DNA from: a virus
Virus record (IMG/VR): IMGVR_UViG_3300026519_000004
Location: 1-45,513 of that record
DNA length: 45,513 nucleotides
Reading direction: 5' to 3' (one strand)
In this document: piece after piece, positions 7,419 through 15,806 of the stretch
Position numbering within the stretch: position 1 is the stretch's first letter
Layout of the letters: the number at the start of each line of letters is the position of its first letter
Position numbers and translations under genes: made by a program
The notes under the pieces: model-generated
Database searches by the model: none
Seen by the model: only the letters and a program-made list of their open reading frames with translations
Told to the model about the DNA's origin: nothing

Positions 7419-8494
7419 TGAGCAATATCCAATGGACAGACGAGACCTGGAACCCGGTGGTGGGGTGTACGCGTGCTTCGGCGGGTTGCGACCACTGCTA
7501 CGCCGTGACCATGTCGCATCGGCTTGAGGCGATGGGTGCAGAGAGTTACGCGGGCCTGACTGTGCTCAACGACAAGGGGGACCGGCACTTCAACGGCGAG
7601 GTGCGGTGCGTCGAGGAAGCAATCGACAAGCCGCGTCATTGGCGGAAGCCGAGGCGTGTGTTCGTCAACTCGATGTCCGACCTGTTCCACCCGAAGGTTC
7701 CGTTTGAGTTCATCGACCAGGTGTTTGCGGTGATGGCACTGTGCCCGCAACACGCCTTCCAGGTGTTGACGAAGCGGCCGGAGCGCATGGCGGAGTATCT
7801 AAGCAGGCCATATATGCCGGGCTACATCTGTGACGCTGCCATATTGAGGCACGGCAAATACTTACACTCGAAAGAATACAAGGAACACTTTAGTGGGACA
7901 TATGCGAAACTCACTCCAGCGGTGTGGCCACTCCCCAATGTCTGGCTCGGCACGAGCGTGGAGAACCAGGCTGCGGCGGATGAGCGGATTCCGCACCTGC
8001 TGCGGTGTCCGGCGGCAGTGCGGTTCCTGAGTTGCGAGCCGCTGCTTGGGCCGATTGATGTATTCGCGCCGATCCGAGATGTGAAACTGCGAGACGCTGA
8101 GCCGAACCCCGGCGGAGACGGCAACTACTTACATTGGGTCATCGTCGGCGGTGAGTCCGGGTCAAAGGCGCGTGTGTGCGATATTGGTTGGATTCGCTCG
8201 GTTGTCAGCCAATGCAAGACCGCGGCGGTGCCGTGCTTTGTCAAGCAACTTGGAAGCCGACCTGTGTTGAGTCGCGGGCCGAACAGGCGGTGTACATGGG
8301 GGGTCGGGCCAGTAAACGCGGATGGCGAACCAATGTGTTGGCGTTGCGGATGTCAAGATTTTGGGGCAGTAGATGGCGGATCACCAATGTGCAATGGCTG
8401 TAATGCACCGCATGACCGACTCAAAAACAAGAAGGGCGGCGACCCCGCCGAGTGGCCTGAGGACTTGCGGGTGCGCGAGATGCCGGATGGATAA
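7418..8494 (+). CDS. Gp37/Gp68 family protein (DUF5131)
   Basis: Hallmark N-terminus 'IQWTDETWNPVVGCTRASAGCDHCYA', 'WLGTSVENQ', 'FLSCEPLLGPI', and C-terminal 'EWPEDLRVREMP'. A Cys-rich stretch (CWRCGC...CNGC) lies before the C-terminus. Confidence 0.8.
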   Translation: MSNIQWTDETWNPVVGCTRASAGCDHCYAVTMSHRLEAMGAESYAGLTVLNDKGDRHFNGEVRCVEEAIDKPRHWRKPRRVFVNSMSDLFHPKVPFEFIDQVFAVMALCPQHAFQVLTKRPERMAEYLSRPYMPGYICDAAILRHGKYLHSKEYKEHFSGTYAKLTPAVWPLPNVWLGTSVENQAAADERIPHLLRCPAAVRFLSCEPLLGPIDVFAPIRDVKLRDAEPNPGGDGNYLHWVIVGGESGSKARVCDIGWIRSVVSQCKTAAVPCFVKQLGSRPVLSRGPNRRCTWGVGPVNADGEPMCWRCGCQDFGAVDGGSPMCNGCNAPHDRLKNKKGGDPAEWPEDLRVREMPDG

Positions 8495-8555
8495 AGAACC
8501 TGCAGTACTGCAACGAACAGCCCACAAGCCGGGGTAGCCTGCTGCCCATGGCCTG

Positions 8556-10919
8556 TTGGTGTACACTACGGCCATGGGAACTTACCAAGATGGACAGGGA
8601 CATCTCGTTATAGACGGCCCGGGCGGCACTGGCAGGCTTGAGAACACTGGCCTTGTGGTTGCCGGGACCGAAGCCATGGCGTTTCTTGGCTTCGACTATA
8701 CGCCTGTCACGCCGACCGTCTCGGCGGCGGAGTTCGTGTGGCGATTAGGGACGAGCGGATCGCCGCCACTGGGATTCAAGAGAGATAATAACACCCAGCA
8801 CCGATTCGTTTGGAACACCTCGGTCGGCGTGACGGCTCGAACATTCTCGCTTACGCCGGGCAACAAATATCGGGTGGTTTTGGGGTGGAATAAAGACGGG
8901 ATCGACTCAGCAGGCAACTGGCCGGGCGCTACAGCCGGCGACCAATGTGCCGTGGCGGTCTATGACTTGGCGACCCGCACGCCTGTTGCAACTATGGTCT
9001 ATAGGAACCATGCGAATCTCGCGGGCACGCTCAATCCTGAGACTGGTTTTGAGTTCAGGTCTACGGGTGGTTTGCAGAAGTTCGGCATCAGCCACTTGTG
9101 GCTCTACTGGGGCTCCGAGGGATCACGGGCCATGGCGGACCTTTTTGGGCAGCGATTGCGGTCGCCGCTCAATCTGGGCATTATATTGAATCATTATTGG
9201 ATGCTCAACCTGCGATCAGATGCACCGCTCTCGGCCTCACCCGGGGCCGACGAGACATACGCACTGAAAGACCTTGGGTCTGGCGACCAGTCTGGCACCC
9301 CGGTCAAGCGCGACCTGTCATACACTGGGACAGCACCAACCTGGGACAGCACGCAAATACCCCAGACGGCCACCGAAGAGGAGATCACCTCGTACGACAT
9401 GACAGCCCCAGTACTGCGCAACGCCAGTACCCTCCGTACCTCGATGGATAAGGCGGCACGGGGCTGTATGAGGATTAAGGTCGGGGACTCGTTTGTCGGC
9501 CTCGCGCTGGGCCCACGCACAGGCGGCGCTGATATCGAGGCGATGATTGCCGCCGGTTATGAGTGTGTGGGGATGGCGGGCTATGGGCGGACTGGCGTCG
9601 GCAACACCCGCGCGGTCGGGGTGTCGATGGCCGCCGGGCTGGGCGCTGATGTCACGACCACATGGTATTGCAACGGTGCTCATGGCACCGGCGGGTATGG
9701 GACCAACCCCGGCGGGTCTGCAACCCGCTATGGCGTTTCGTGTGGCGGCATCATCGAGGTCAAAGGAACGGGTGCCGACCGCACCCTCGGGCCAAACAAC
9801 TCGATTATGACCTTGACGATCCAAGCGGCCCATGGGGCACAGGCGAAGTTCGCCACGGGCGACCTGCTCAAGATGCTCCCCATGGTCTACATCCCGAACA
9901 ACATCAACCGTTACACAGGAGTTTTGAGAATCGTCACCTCGGACGGCGCTGGCGTGGTCGAAACCTACGACTTTGACCTGAGCAATGCGGCAACCGGATT
10001 CCGCCAGTTCCCGTACGACGGCGCGAGCGCTGCGGATATCGAGGCAGGTGTCGGCGCGATCCGCGTCAGCGACCATATCAACGCGGCCAAGGATTATGTT
10101 TCGCTTGGCACGCAGGGCACGACGCGCACCATCGAGTACCGGCTCGTCGGCGGTCTTGCACTCAACGAGTTGGTGTGCATTGCGATCCCGCCGTGGTATA
10201 AATGCAACCCGGACGGAACCTTCAAGTTGGGCCCCGGCAAGTTCATCGTGGCCAACGACGCCGACAATTCGCGGGGGTGGAACGATGTCAAAGACTCACA
10301 ACTGCCGGTGACGGATGGCCAGAAGTATCGCACCGATGAGCAGTTGCAACGCTATTGGTCACTGTTGATCCCCGATTTTTCAATGGATGTTGTCGTCGAT
10401 ATTGATCTTAACACCGAAAACCGGTCGGAATCTGCGGCGATTGGCAACATGACTGACGCGGTGGCCCGGATTAGATCAACCCTCAATGCGATCGGGATCA
10501 AAGGCCGTCAGTCATGCGGTATATACGCCCAGTTCATGCACCAAATTGTCAAGACAACCGTGTGGCGCGACCGGGGCAAGTCCATTGACTACGCCAATGC
10601 CGCCGAAGCCGTGTCAGATGCCGACCCGGATAATGTGTGGTGCTACAACCGGCTCAGGGCCACCAAGGGCTTCCTGGGGTGTACCATGGAAGACGCCACG
10701 GCGTTCACTGAGTTGGGGCTCGGCGAGTCGATCGAGGCCGCAGCCGACGCTGATGTCTTTGCACTGCTCGGGACTGGCGATTGGTTAGACAGCGGGCCAC
10801 TTCATCTCAGTGATGATGGTGCGGCCCTTGGGTTCCAGGCCGACCTATACACCCGGGCGGCAACCTTCCCATATCTCGATGACGGCGGGCGATTGCGTGG
10901 CCGCGGGAGAACCAGATAA
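8556..10919 (+). CDS. Large hypothetical protein with an N-terminal LamG/concanavalin-like region and GDSL/SGNH-esterase-like motifs. Possible virion-associated glycan-binding or esterase protein.
   Basis: 787 aa. 'RIKVGDSFVGLALG' resembles SGNH block I (GDS). C-terminal 'LHLSDDGAALGFQADL' resembles block V. The start is uncertain (GTG 8556 or ATG 8574) and there is no clear RBS. Confidence 0.35.
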   Translation: MVYTTAMGTYQDGQGHLVIDGPGGTGRLENTGLVVAGTEAMAFLGFDYTPVTPTVSAAEFVWRLGTSGSPPLGFKRDNNTQHRFVWNTSVGVTARTFSLTPGNKYRVVLGWNKDGIDSAGNWPGATAGDQCAVAVYDLATRTPVATMVYRNHANLAGTLNPETGFEFRSTGGLQKFGISHLWLYWGSEGSRAMADLFGQRLRSPLNLGIILNHYWMLNLRSDAPLSASPGADETYALKDLGSGDQSGTPVKRDLSYTGTAPTWDSTQIPQTATEEEITSYDMTAPVLRNASTLRTSMDKAARGCMRIKVGDSFVGLALGPRTGGADIEAMIAAGYECVGMAGYGRTGVGNTRAVGVSMAAGLGADVTTTWYCNGAHGTGGYGTNPGGSATRYGVSCGGIIEVKGTGADRTLGPNNSIMTLTIQAAHGAQAKFATGDLLKMLPMVYIPNNINRYTGVLRIVTSDGAGVVETYDFDLSNAATGFRQFPYDGASAADIEAGVGAIRVSDHINAAKDYVSLGTQGTTRTIEYRLVGGLALNELVCIAIPPWYKCNPDGTFKLGPGKFIVANDADNSRGWNDVKDSQLPVTDGQKYRTDEQLQRYWSLLIPDFSMDVVVDIDLNTENRSESAAIGNMTDAVARIRSTLNAIGIKGRQSCGIYAQFMHQIVKTTVWRDRGKSIDYANAAEAVSDADPDNVWCYNRLRATKGFLGCTMEDATAFTELGLGESIEAAADADVFALLGTGDWLDSGPLHLSDDGAALGFQADLYTRAATFPYLDDGGRLRGRGRTR

Positions 10920-11158
10920 TGCCGCTTGTGGTCAGGCCAAATACCGAAGAGTGGATGTGCATAGGTGGGGCTGTGTTTGTCAAGGTCGTGGTCGAGAAAG
11001 ATGGCAAGCCGAAGGTCATATTCGACGCCGCATCGGACATCCCGATATATCGCCAGCACACCGCCAGTCGTCGTGGTGTCAACATTGACTGGCCGCCGAG
11101 CATCCTGGAAGACCCCGAGCGAATCCCGCCGCACCTGAGAAACGGAGTATCCACATAA
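10919..11158 (+). CDS. CsrA/RsmA-like RNA-binding protein candidate
   Basis: 79 aa. 'MPLVVRPNTEEWMCIGGAVFVKVVVEKDGKPKVIFDAASDIPIYRQH' aligns by eye to CsrA ('[46 protein letters not shown]'). TAATG overlaps on both sides. Confidence 0.45.
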   Translation: MPLVVRPNTEEWMCIGGAVFVKVVVEKDGKPKVIFDAASDIPIYRQHTASRRGVNIDWPPSILEDPERIPPHLRNGVST

Positions 11159-13011
11159 TGCTTGACACCAGCGCTGACAATATGTTGCAGGAGTTCCAGG
11201 CAGGTGAGGCCGATCGGGACCAACACTTGCCGTACTACGAGCGGATGATCTCGGCCTATCACGGGGAGGGGTTCAAGTCGATTACGACGAGCGAACGGAT
11301 GCTGGCTAATCACTTCTTCGAGTACATCACCCTCATCAACCCACGCATCATCCAAGACAACCCGAAACTCCTGGTCTCGACTGACAGCACGGACGAGAAC
11401 GATAGGCTTGTGTCTAAGGCGCTCAAACACGCGGGCCAGAAGTGGATCGTCAATACGAAACTCGTGGATCATCTCGTGCGTGCAGCCATGGACTTTTCGT
11501 TCGCGTGGTGCGTGGCGTATGTCGAGCACCGCAAGGGCAAGAAAGATGAGTACGAGTACCGCAACCCCAAAGCCCCGGGGTGGCCTGTTGTCGAGCGAGT
11601 GCCTGTTCGACGGTTCTTTATGGACCCCGGTACGCTTTGCTTTGACGAGGCGCGATGGATGGGGCACCTGATCGTCCGCGACAAGGAAGACCTGCTCAAA
11701 GAGGCGAAAGAACACCCGGAGCGCGGGTGGAACGCCAGTGCGATTGAGGCGCTTGGTGACGACATCGGCATCGACCGCCTTAAAGAGCGCCGATCCCACG
11801 ATATTCCCACACGCAAGGAAGTTGTGTTGTTCCAGTTCTGGGTGCGCGACGCACAGCCGGACCCGGATTTGGGCATCGACGACGGGTTCTTCGGCGGGTT
11901 GTACACGATCGCCATTGATCGCCCACTGGACGGCAAGCAGGAGGACGAGAGGGGCGTTTCGGTCCGGGACCCAATCCCCTTCTGGGGCCCGCCAGAAGGC
12001 CCGTATGTGATGGGCGGCGCGTACATGGGGTCAACGGACGACCCGTGGCCCCTGAGTCCTCTCGCGGCCGTCTATTCGCAGGTCGAGGAGTTCAATGACC
12101 AAGTCACGGCAGCGGCCAACGCCAGCCGACGATACAAGCGGATTGTCTTCGTCGATGACGCGGACATCCAAACCGCCGAGGCGGTTATTGGCAGCCCAGA
12201 CGGGTATGTCGTGCCGATCCCGGGTCTCAAAGACGCAACAGGTGGAAGGAATATCATTGAAGTCGAGATCGGCGGGGTCAGCGAGTCGCAGATTCAGATG
12301 ATTCAATTGTGGCAGATGGTTCTTGAGCGAACATCTGGCATCGACTCAGCCCAGCGTGGTGAGGTCGAGGGGCGCGGAACAGCAACCGAGGTTGCGGTGG
12401 CGGACAAGGTTACAGACACGCGGATCAGCCGGCTCAAGATCGAGTTTCAGAAATACACGATCGGAGTGCTCACACGCGCCCTGTGGTACATCTATCACGA
12501 CGATGAGATTGAGATACCACTGAGCCCAGAGGCAGCACAGGAGATAGGCCTCGACATGCAGAATCCGGTGTTCAAGGGCGGCGACCCTGACCCGAGCAGT
12601 AAGGCCTCGTTCTGGAACCTCGACCTTTCGATTGAGACGATGAGCATGGAACGCACGACCGAGGCACTCAACAGTCGCCGCATTTTGCAGGCCACAAACC
12701 TCATTGCTTCGATGGCCCCGGTCATCCGCCAGTTCCCCGAGGTCGATTGGAAGTCGATTCTCAGCCGGATGGGAGACTCACTCAATATCCCCGACTTCGA
12801 CGAGGTCGTGGACTACGAGATGGCGTCGCAGTTGTTGGGCGTCGAGATGGCAGCGTCATCAAAGCCAGACGCGCCACAGGCGTCGTACTCCGGCGACTCT
12901 GGGGGCTCTGCGGCACCCACGCCCGCCCTACAGTCTGACCCGGCGATACAGCCATTTCAGAGCGTGATGGCCGAGAGTGCGGGTAGTCTTGGACAGGGGT
13001 CACGGCTATAG
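11158..13011 (+). CDS. Portal protein (putative)
   Basis: 617 aa, a portal-typical size, in the head module. Has a 'GRGTATE' segment and a low-complexity C-terminal tail. The call rests on position and composition. Confidence 0.55.
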   Translation: MLDTSADNMLQEFQAGEADRDQHLPYYERMISAYHGEGFKSITTSERMLANHFFEYITLINPRIIQDNPKLLVSTDSTDENDRLVSKALKHAGQKWIVNTKLVDHLVRAAMDFSFAWCVAYVEHRKGKKDEYEYRNPKAPGWPVVERVPVRRFFMDPGTLCFDEARWMGHLIVRDKEDLLKEAKEHPERGWNASAIEALGDDIGIDRLKERRSHDIPTRKEVVLFQFWVRDAQPDPDLGIDDGFFGGLYTIAIDRPLDGKQEDERGVSVRDPIPFWGPPEGPYVMGGAYMGSTDDPWPLSPLAAVYSQVEEFNDQVTAAANASRRYKRIVFVDDADIQTAEAVIGSPDGYVVPIPGLKDATGGRNIIEVEIGGVSESQIQMIQLWQMVLERTSGIDSAQRGEVEGRGTATEVAVADKVTDTRISRLKIEFQKYTIGVLTRALWYIYHDDEIEIPLSPEAAQEIGLDMQNPVFKGGDPDPSSKASFWNLDLSIETMSMERTTEALNSRRILQATNLIASMAPVIRQFPEVDWKSILSRMGDSLNIPDFDEVVDYEMASQLLGVEMAASSKPDAPQASYSGDSGGSAAPTPALQSDPAIQPFQSVMAESAGSLGQGSRL

Positions 13012-13018
13012 TTGGCCG

Positions 13019-13666
13019 ATGACCTACCTTGTTTCATTAGACGAATCAGTTGTGTTGGTTGGCAATGGCCCGAGCGCCACGGCCAAACTGGACGGCGACC
13101 TGATTGACTCGTTTGGTTGCGTCGTGCGGTTCAACCTGTTCGAGAGAGAGGGATACGAGCGGTTTGTCGGCCTACGCACAGATATTTGGGTCATCAACGG
13201 CAATGCCCAAGTCCATCGCCACCCAGTTCGGGCTGTGTCGATCAAGCGTGGCGTTGTCGTGGCCAACCCACATGTGTTTGGGCAGGGCGTTGATGGTGAC
13301 CCGTATTTCCATGTCTCCTCACGGCGGCAGGAGGCTATCCAGTGTGCCAAGAATCTGTGCTGCAAGACTCGTGGGCGTCTGGCCTTTGACATCGTGCCAG
13401 ATGAACTGTGGCACAGTGTGGCGATCCGGATGCAACAACTCGCCAAGACCAAACGCATTGGCCGACCGAGCACAGGGGCGATCATGGCCGAGTGGCTTGG
13501 CACGACCGACAGGCCGGTCCACCTCACTGGCTTCGACTGCTTTACCGGAGGCGTGAAAGAACACCACTACTTCCCGAGCACGATGCAGCCCGGGCACCAC
13601 CGGGAACAGTGGGAAAGTCTGTTTATCAACAGTCTCATCGACGAGGGAAGGGCAGTGATGTTATGA
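13019..13666 (+). CDS. Sialyltransferase-like glycosyltransferase (GT42 Cst-II-like / GT29-type sialyl motifs)
   Basis: Motifs occur in the correct order:
- L-like: 'VVLVGNGPSATAKLDGDLIDSFGCVVRFN...VGLRTD'
- S-like: 'RPSTGAIMAEWLGTTDRPVHLTGFD'
- III-like: 'HHYF'
- VS-like: 'HREQWE' (H-x4-E)
The start is ATG 13019; an upstream ATG at 12977 would overlap the portal gene. Confidence 0.55.
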   Translation: MTYLVSLDESVVLVGNGPSATAKLDGDLIDSFGCVVRFNLFEREGYERFVGLRTDIWVINGNAQVHRHPVRAVSIKRGVVVANPHVFGQGVDGDPYFHVSSRRQEAIQCAKNLCCKTRGRLAFDIVPDELWHSVAIRMQQLAKTKRIGRPSTGAIMAEWLGTTDRPVHLTGFDCFTGGVKEHHYFPSTMQPGHHREQWESLFINSLIDEGRAVML

Positions 13667-14043
13667 CCGAAGAACAGATATACCTGACAACAGAGCCGAT
13701 CATCCCGGACCGCAATGTTGTCGTGGCGACAAGGCCGGAAGAACTTGAAGTTCCGCAACAGGTGGATATGGAACACGCTTTATCGCCGACAAAACCATCA
13801 CCCGGCGGCCTAATCAGCATCCGCGTCCGGTCATGGGCGGTCAACCCGGAGACTGGCCTGACCCGCATCGAGCAACTTCTCGATGAAGCAAACAAGTTGG
13901 TTTTGTTGAAAATAATGGGTGGCAGCGCGCTCACGCAGCGCATCCGTCGCCTTGAACGCCTCAACGCACTCTGGACAGCCTTTGCTATCGTCGGATGGGT
14001 CTTGTATATCATCTCAGTCACACTTGCCTACAGCCTCTTGTGA
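13663..14043 (+). CDS. Hypothetical tail-anchored membrane protein (126 aa)
   Basis: ATGA overlap. C-terminal hydrophobic helix 'LWTAFAIVGWVLYIISVTLAYSLL'. Confidence 0.5.
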   Translation: MTEEQIYLTTEPIIPDRNVVVATRPEELEVPQQVDMEHALSPTKPSPGGLISIRVRSWAVNPETGLTRIEQLLDEANKLVLLKIMGGSALTQRIRRLERLNALWTAFAIVGWVLYIISVTLAYSLL

Positions 14044-14066
14044 GGCAGGCACAATATGGAGATATC

Positions 14067-14570
14067 ATGGAATACACACGCAAGGTAGATGACATGGTTC
14101 GCAGGTGCGCACGCATCATCCACGAGGTCAATAATGACTTCCGGGTGTCTATCGGCGAGGAACCGAAGCCCGTGAGCGCCGAGTGCATTAACACTTTGGC
14201 CACGGCGGTCAAGGCACAGTGGTTCAAGCCTGTTGGCCCACGGGAATCACATGAACGCTGGTTGGCCGCGAAAGAGGCTGCTGGATGGGAGTACGGCGAG
14301 GTCGAGGACGAGCAGGCTAAGGCCCACCCGTGCATCCTGTCGTACGACGCACTCCCGGAGCGTCAGCGCATCAAGGATATATTGTTCACGAGCATCGTCG
14401 GCGCGTTCTTCCCTCATGCCAAAGTTGAGCCCGAGCCACTTACGCCGGCCTGCATTGCAGTCTCCGGCGAGCCTCCGGCAGATCAGGACGAGGCGAATCG
14501 GGAGGCCGCGATCGAGGATGACATCGAGAGGGAGAACAATGAGCGAGAATCCCCCCCTGAAACTGAGTGA
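14067..14570 (+). CDS. RyR-domain protein
   Basis: 'HERWLAAKEAAGWEYGEVEDEQAKAHPCILSYDALPERQRIKD' fits the RyR repeat pattern (HE.W...K...GW.YG...D...K.HP.L.PY..LPE..K..D). Acidic C-terminal tail. ATG follows TGGAG. Confidence 0.6.
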   Translation: MEYTRKVDDMVRRCARIIHEVNNDFRVSIGEEPKPVSAECINTLATAVKAQWFKPVGPRESHERWLAAKEAAGWEYGEVEDEQAKAHPCILSYDALPERQRIKDILFTSIVGAFFPHAKVEPEPLTPACIAVSGEPPADQDEANREAAIEDDIERENNERESPPETE

Positions 14571-15009
14571 GGCGAGCAAGGAAAGCAACTCGTTCGATCA
14601 TGTCAACATCATGCGGTTCAAGTTGCCTTCCGATGCGTGCCCGCCGTTTGCCGCCGCTGGTGACCACTGGGCCGCGTACCTCGTGGGCATCCCGCTGGGG
14701 TGTGCCTCGGTGTACCGGATTCCCGGGGCACATAAAGACCGCAAGTTCGTGCTCCACTGGATCGAGGTCAAAGAGGAGACTCGGCGCAAGGGCATTGGCA
14801 TGATGCTCCTTGATGCGATCGACCTGTACTATGGCGACAGACTCCGTGTTTTGTTCACGAACGACGGAGGTAATGACCTTGCCATTGCGTTCGTGGCCAA
14901 ACACGGGGCACGGGATAACTGGACCTGTTGCGACGACGACGGGGAGCACTACCCGATCTTCGAGTGGTGTGCCAAGCGGAACAGACTGTTGTCGGGGGAG
15001 AAGGCATGA
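14539..15009 (+). CDS. GNAT-family N-acetyltransferase candidate
   Basis: 156 aa. Motif-A-like 'WIEVKEETRRKGIGMMLLDAI'. ATG 14539 follows GGGAGAA. Confidence 0.5.
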   Translation: MSENPPLKLSEASKESNSFDHVNIMRFKLPSDACPPFAAAGDHWAAYLVGIPLGCASVYRIPGAHKDRKFVLHWIEVKEETRRKGIGMMLLDAIDLYYGDRLRVLFTNDGGNDLAIAFVAKHGARDNWTCCDDDGEHYPIFEWCAKRNRLLSGEKA

Positions 15010-15377
15010 CGGGCATGAAGTATGGCCCAGGGGCTTCATACGCACCACCAAGGCCAGAGAAGTCCGATTTTGACCGGCTGCTTGAGGGCACACTCTCAAC
15101 CACCAAGTCTGGGGGCGATGAGCCGCCAGAGGTGCCCGGCAAGCGTGAGCACATGGAGATGGTCACGCGGAGTGCGTCGCGGATTAGTCGGGCTTACATG
15201 GCAAGCCGGTTTGTGTCCGACCCGCCAGAGACGATTGTCATGTTGGTCCCGCAGGAGGTCTATACATACTCTGAGATGCGGGAGATGGAAGACCGGGTGA
15301 GCCGTGCGGGGCGTTACGGCTCTCGTCCAGTGTTCCAGATGAGATTATCGTGCCGCCAAGAGGCAAGAGGCGGATAG
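15006..15377 (+). CDS. Hypothetical protein (123 aa)
   Basis: ATGA overlap with GGAGAAGG upstream. No family recognised. Confidence 0.45.
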   Translation: MTGMKYGPGASYAPPRPEKSDFDRLLEGTLSTTKSGGDEPPEVPGKREHMEMVTRSASRISRAYMASRFVSDPPETIVMLVPQEVYTYSEMREMEDRVSRAGRYGSRPVFQMRLSCRQEARGG

Positions 15378-15410
15378 TCGCGGGGCCCGCTGTGTCTGTG
15401 GAGATGCACA

Positions 15411-15806
15411 TTGCCAGATCGGGCCGTTTGTGGCAATATGAAGCAACTGAACTTTTATTTCTTTCGCGTCGTGTGGGGCCGAGGACAATCATCGCCTTGT
15501 CTCCATAGCCACCGATCTTCGGCGATAATCATCCGTACGCGGGCTGTGACCGAGTTGTACGCCCGGGATCATCCTCGACCGGGCAGCATCGGCAATGCCG
15601 GCCCTTGGTGGTCGTTTGTCAGGAGGCGGGCGTTCGTGCCGTATTTCATGCACGCCGCGCGGGCCCACAGAATCTATCACTATAAGCCATATTGGTTCGT
15701 GGCTGTTTCCGGTCCGGCGTGGCGCAGCCGATTCCATTGGTGGCGCAGTGAGGCTGGCGAGTGGGTTGAAACAAGAGAGCCAGATTACGACGAAGGGAAG
15801 TTATGA
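15411..15806 (+). CDS. Hypothetical basic, Trp/Arg-rich protein (131 aa). Coding status uncertain.
   Basis: TTG 15411 has GGAGA 6 nt upstream, and the stop forms an ATGA overlap with the GT32 gene. The composition is unusual and no family is recognised. Confidence 0.3.
   Translation: MPDRAVCGNMKQLNFYFFRVVWGRGQSSPCLHSHRSSAIIIRTRAVTELYARDHPRPGSIGNAGPWWSFVRRRAFVPYFMHAARAHRIYHYKPYWFVAVSGPAWRSRFHWWRSEAGEWVETREPDYDEGKL

Noticed and set aside
8501-8512. Perfect 12-bp palindrome TGCAGTACTGCA just after the DUF5131 stop codon
   Set aside because: About 45,500/4^6, or roughly 11, perfect 12-bp palindromes are expected by chance in a sequence this long. There is no second copy and no adjacent promoter signal.
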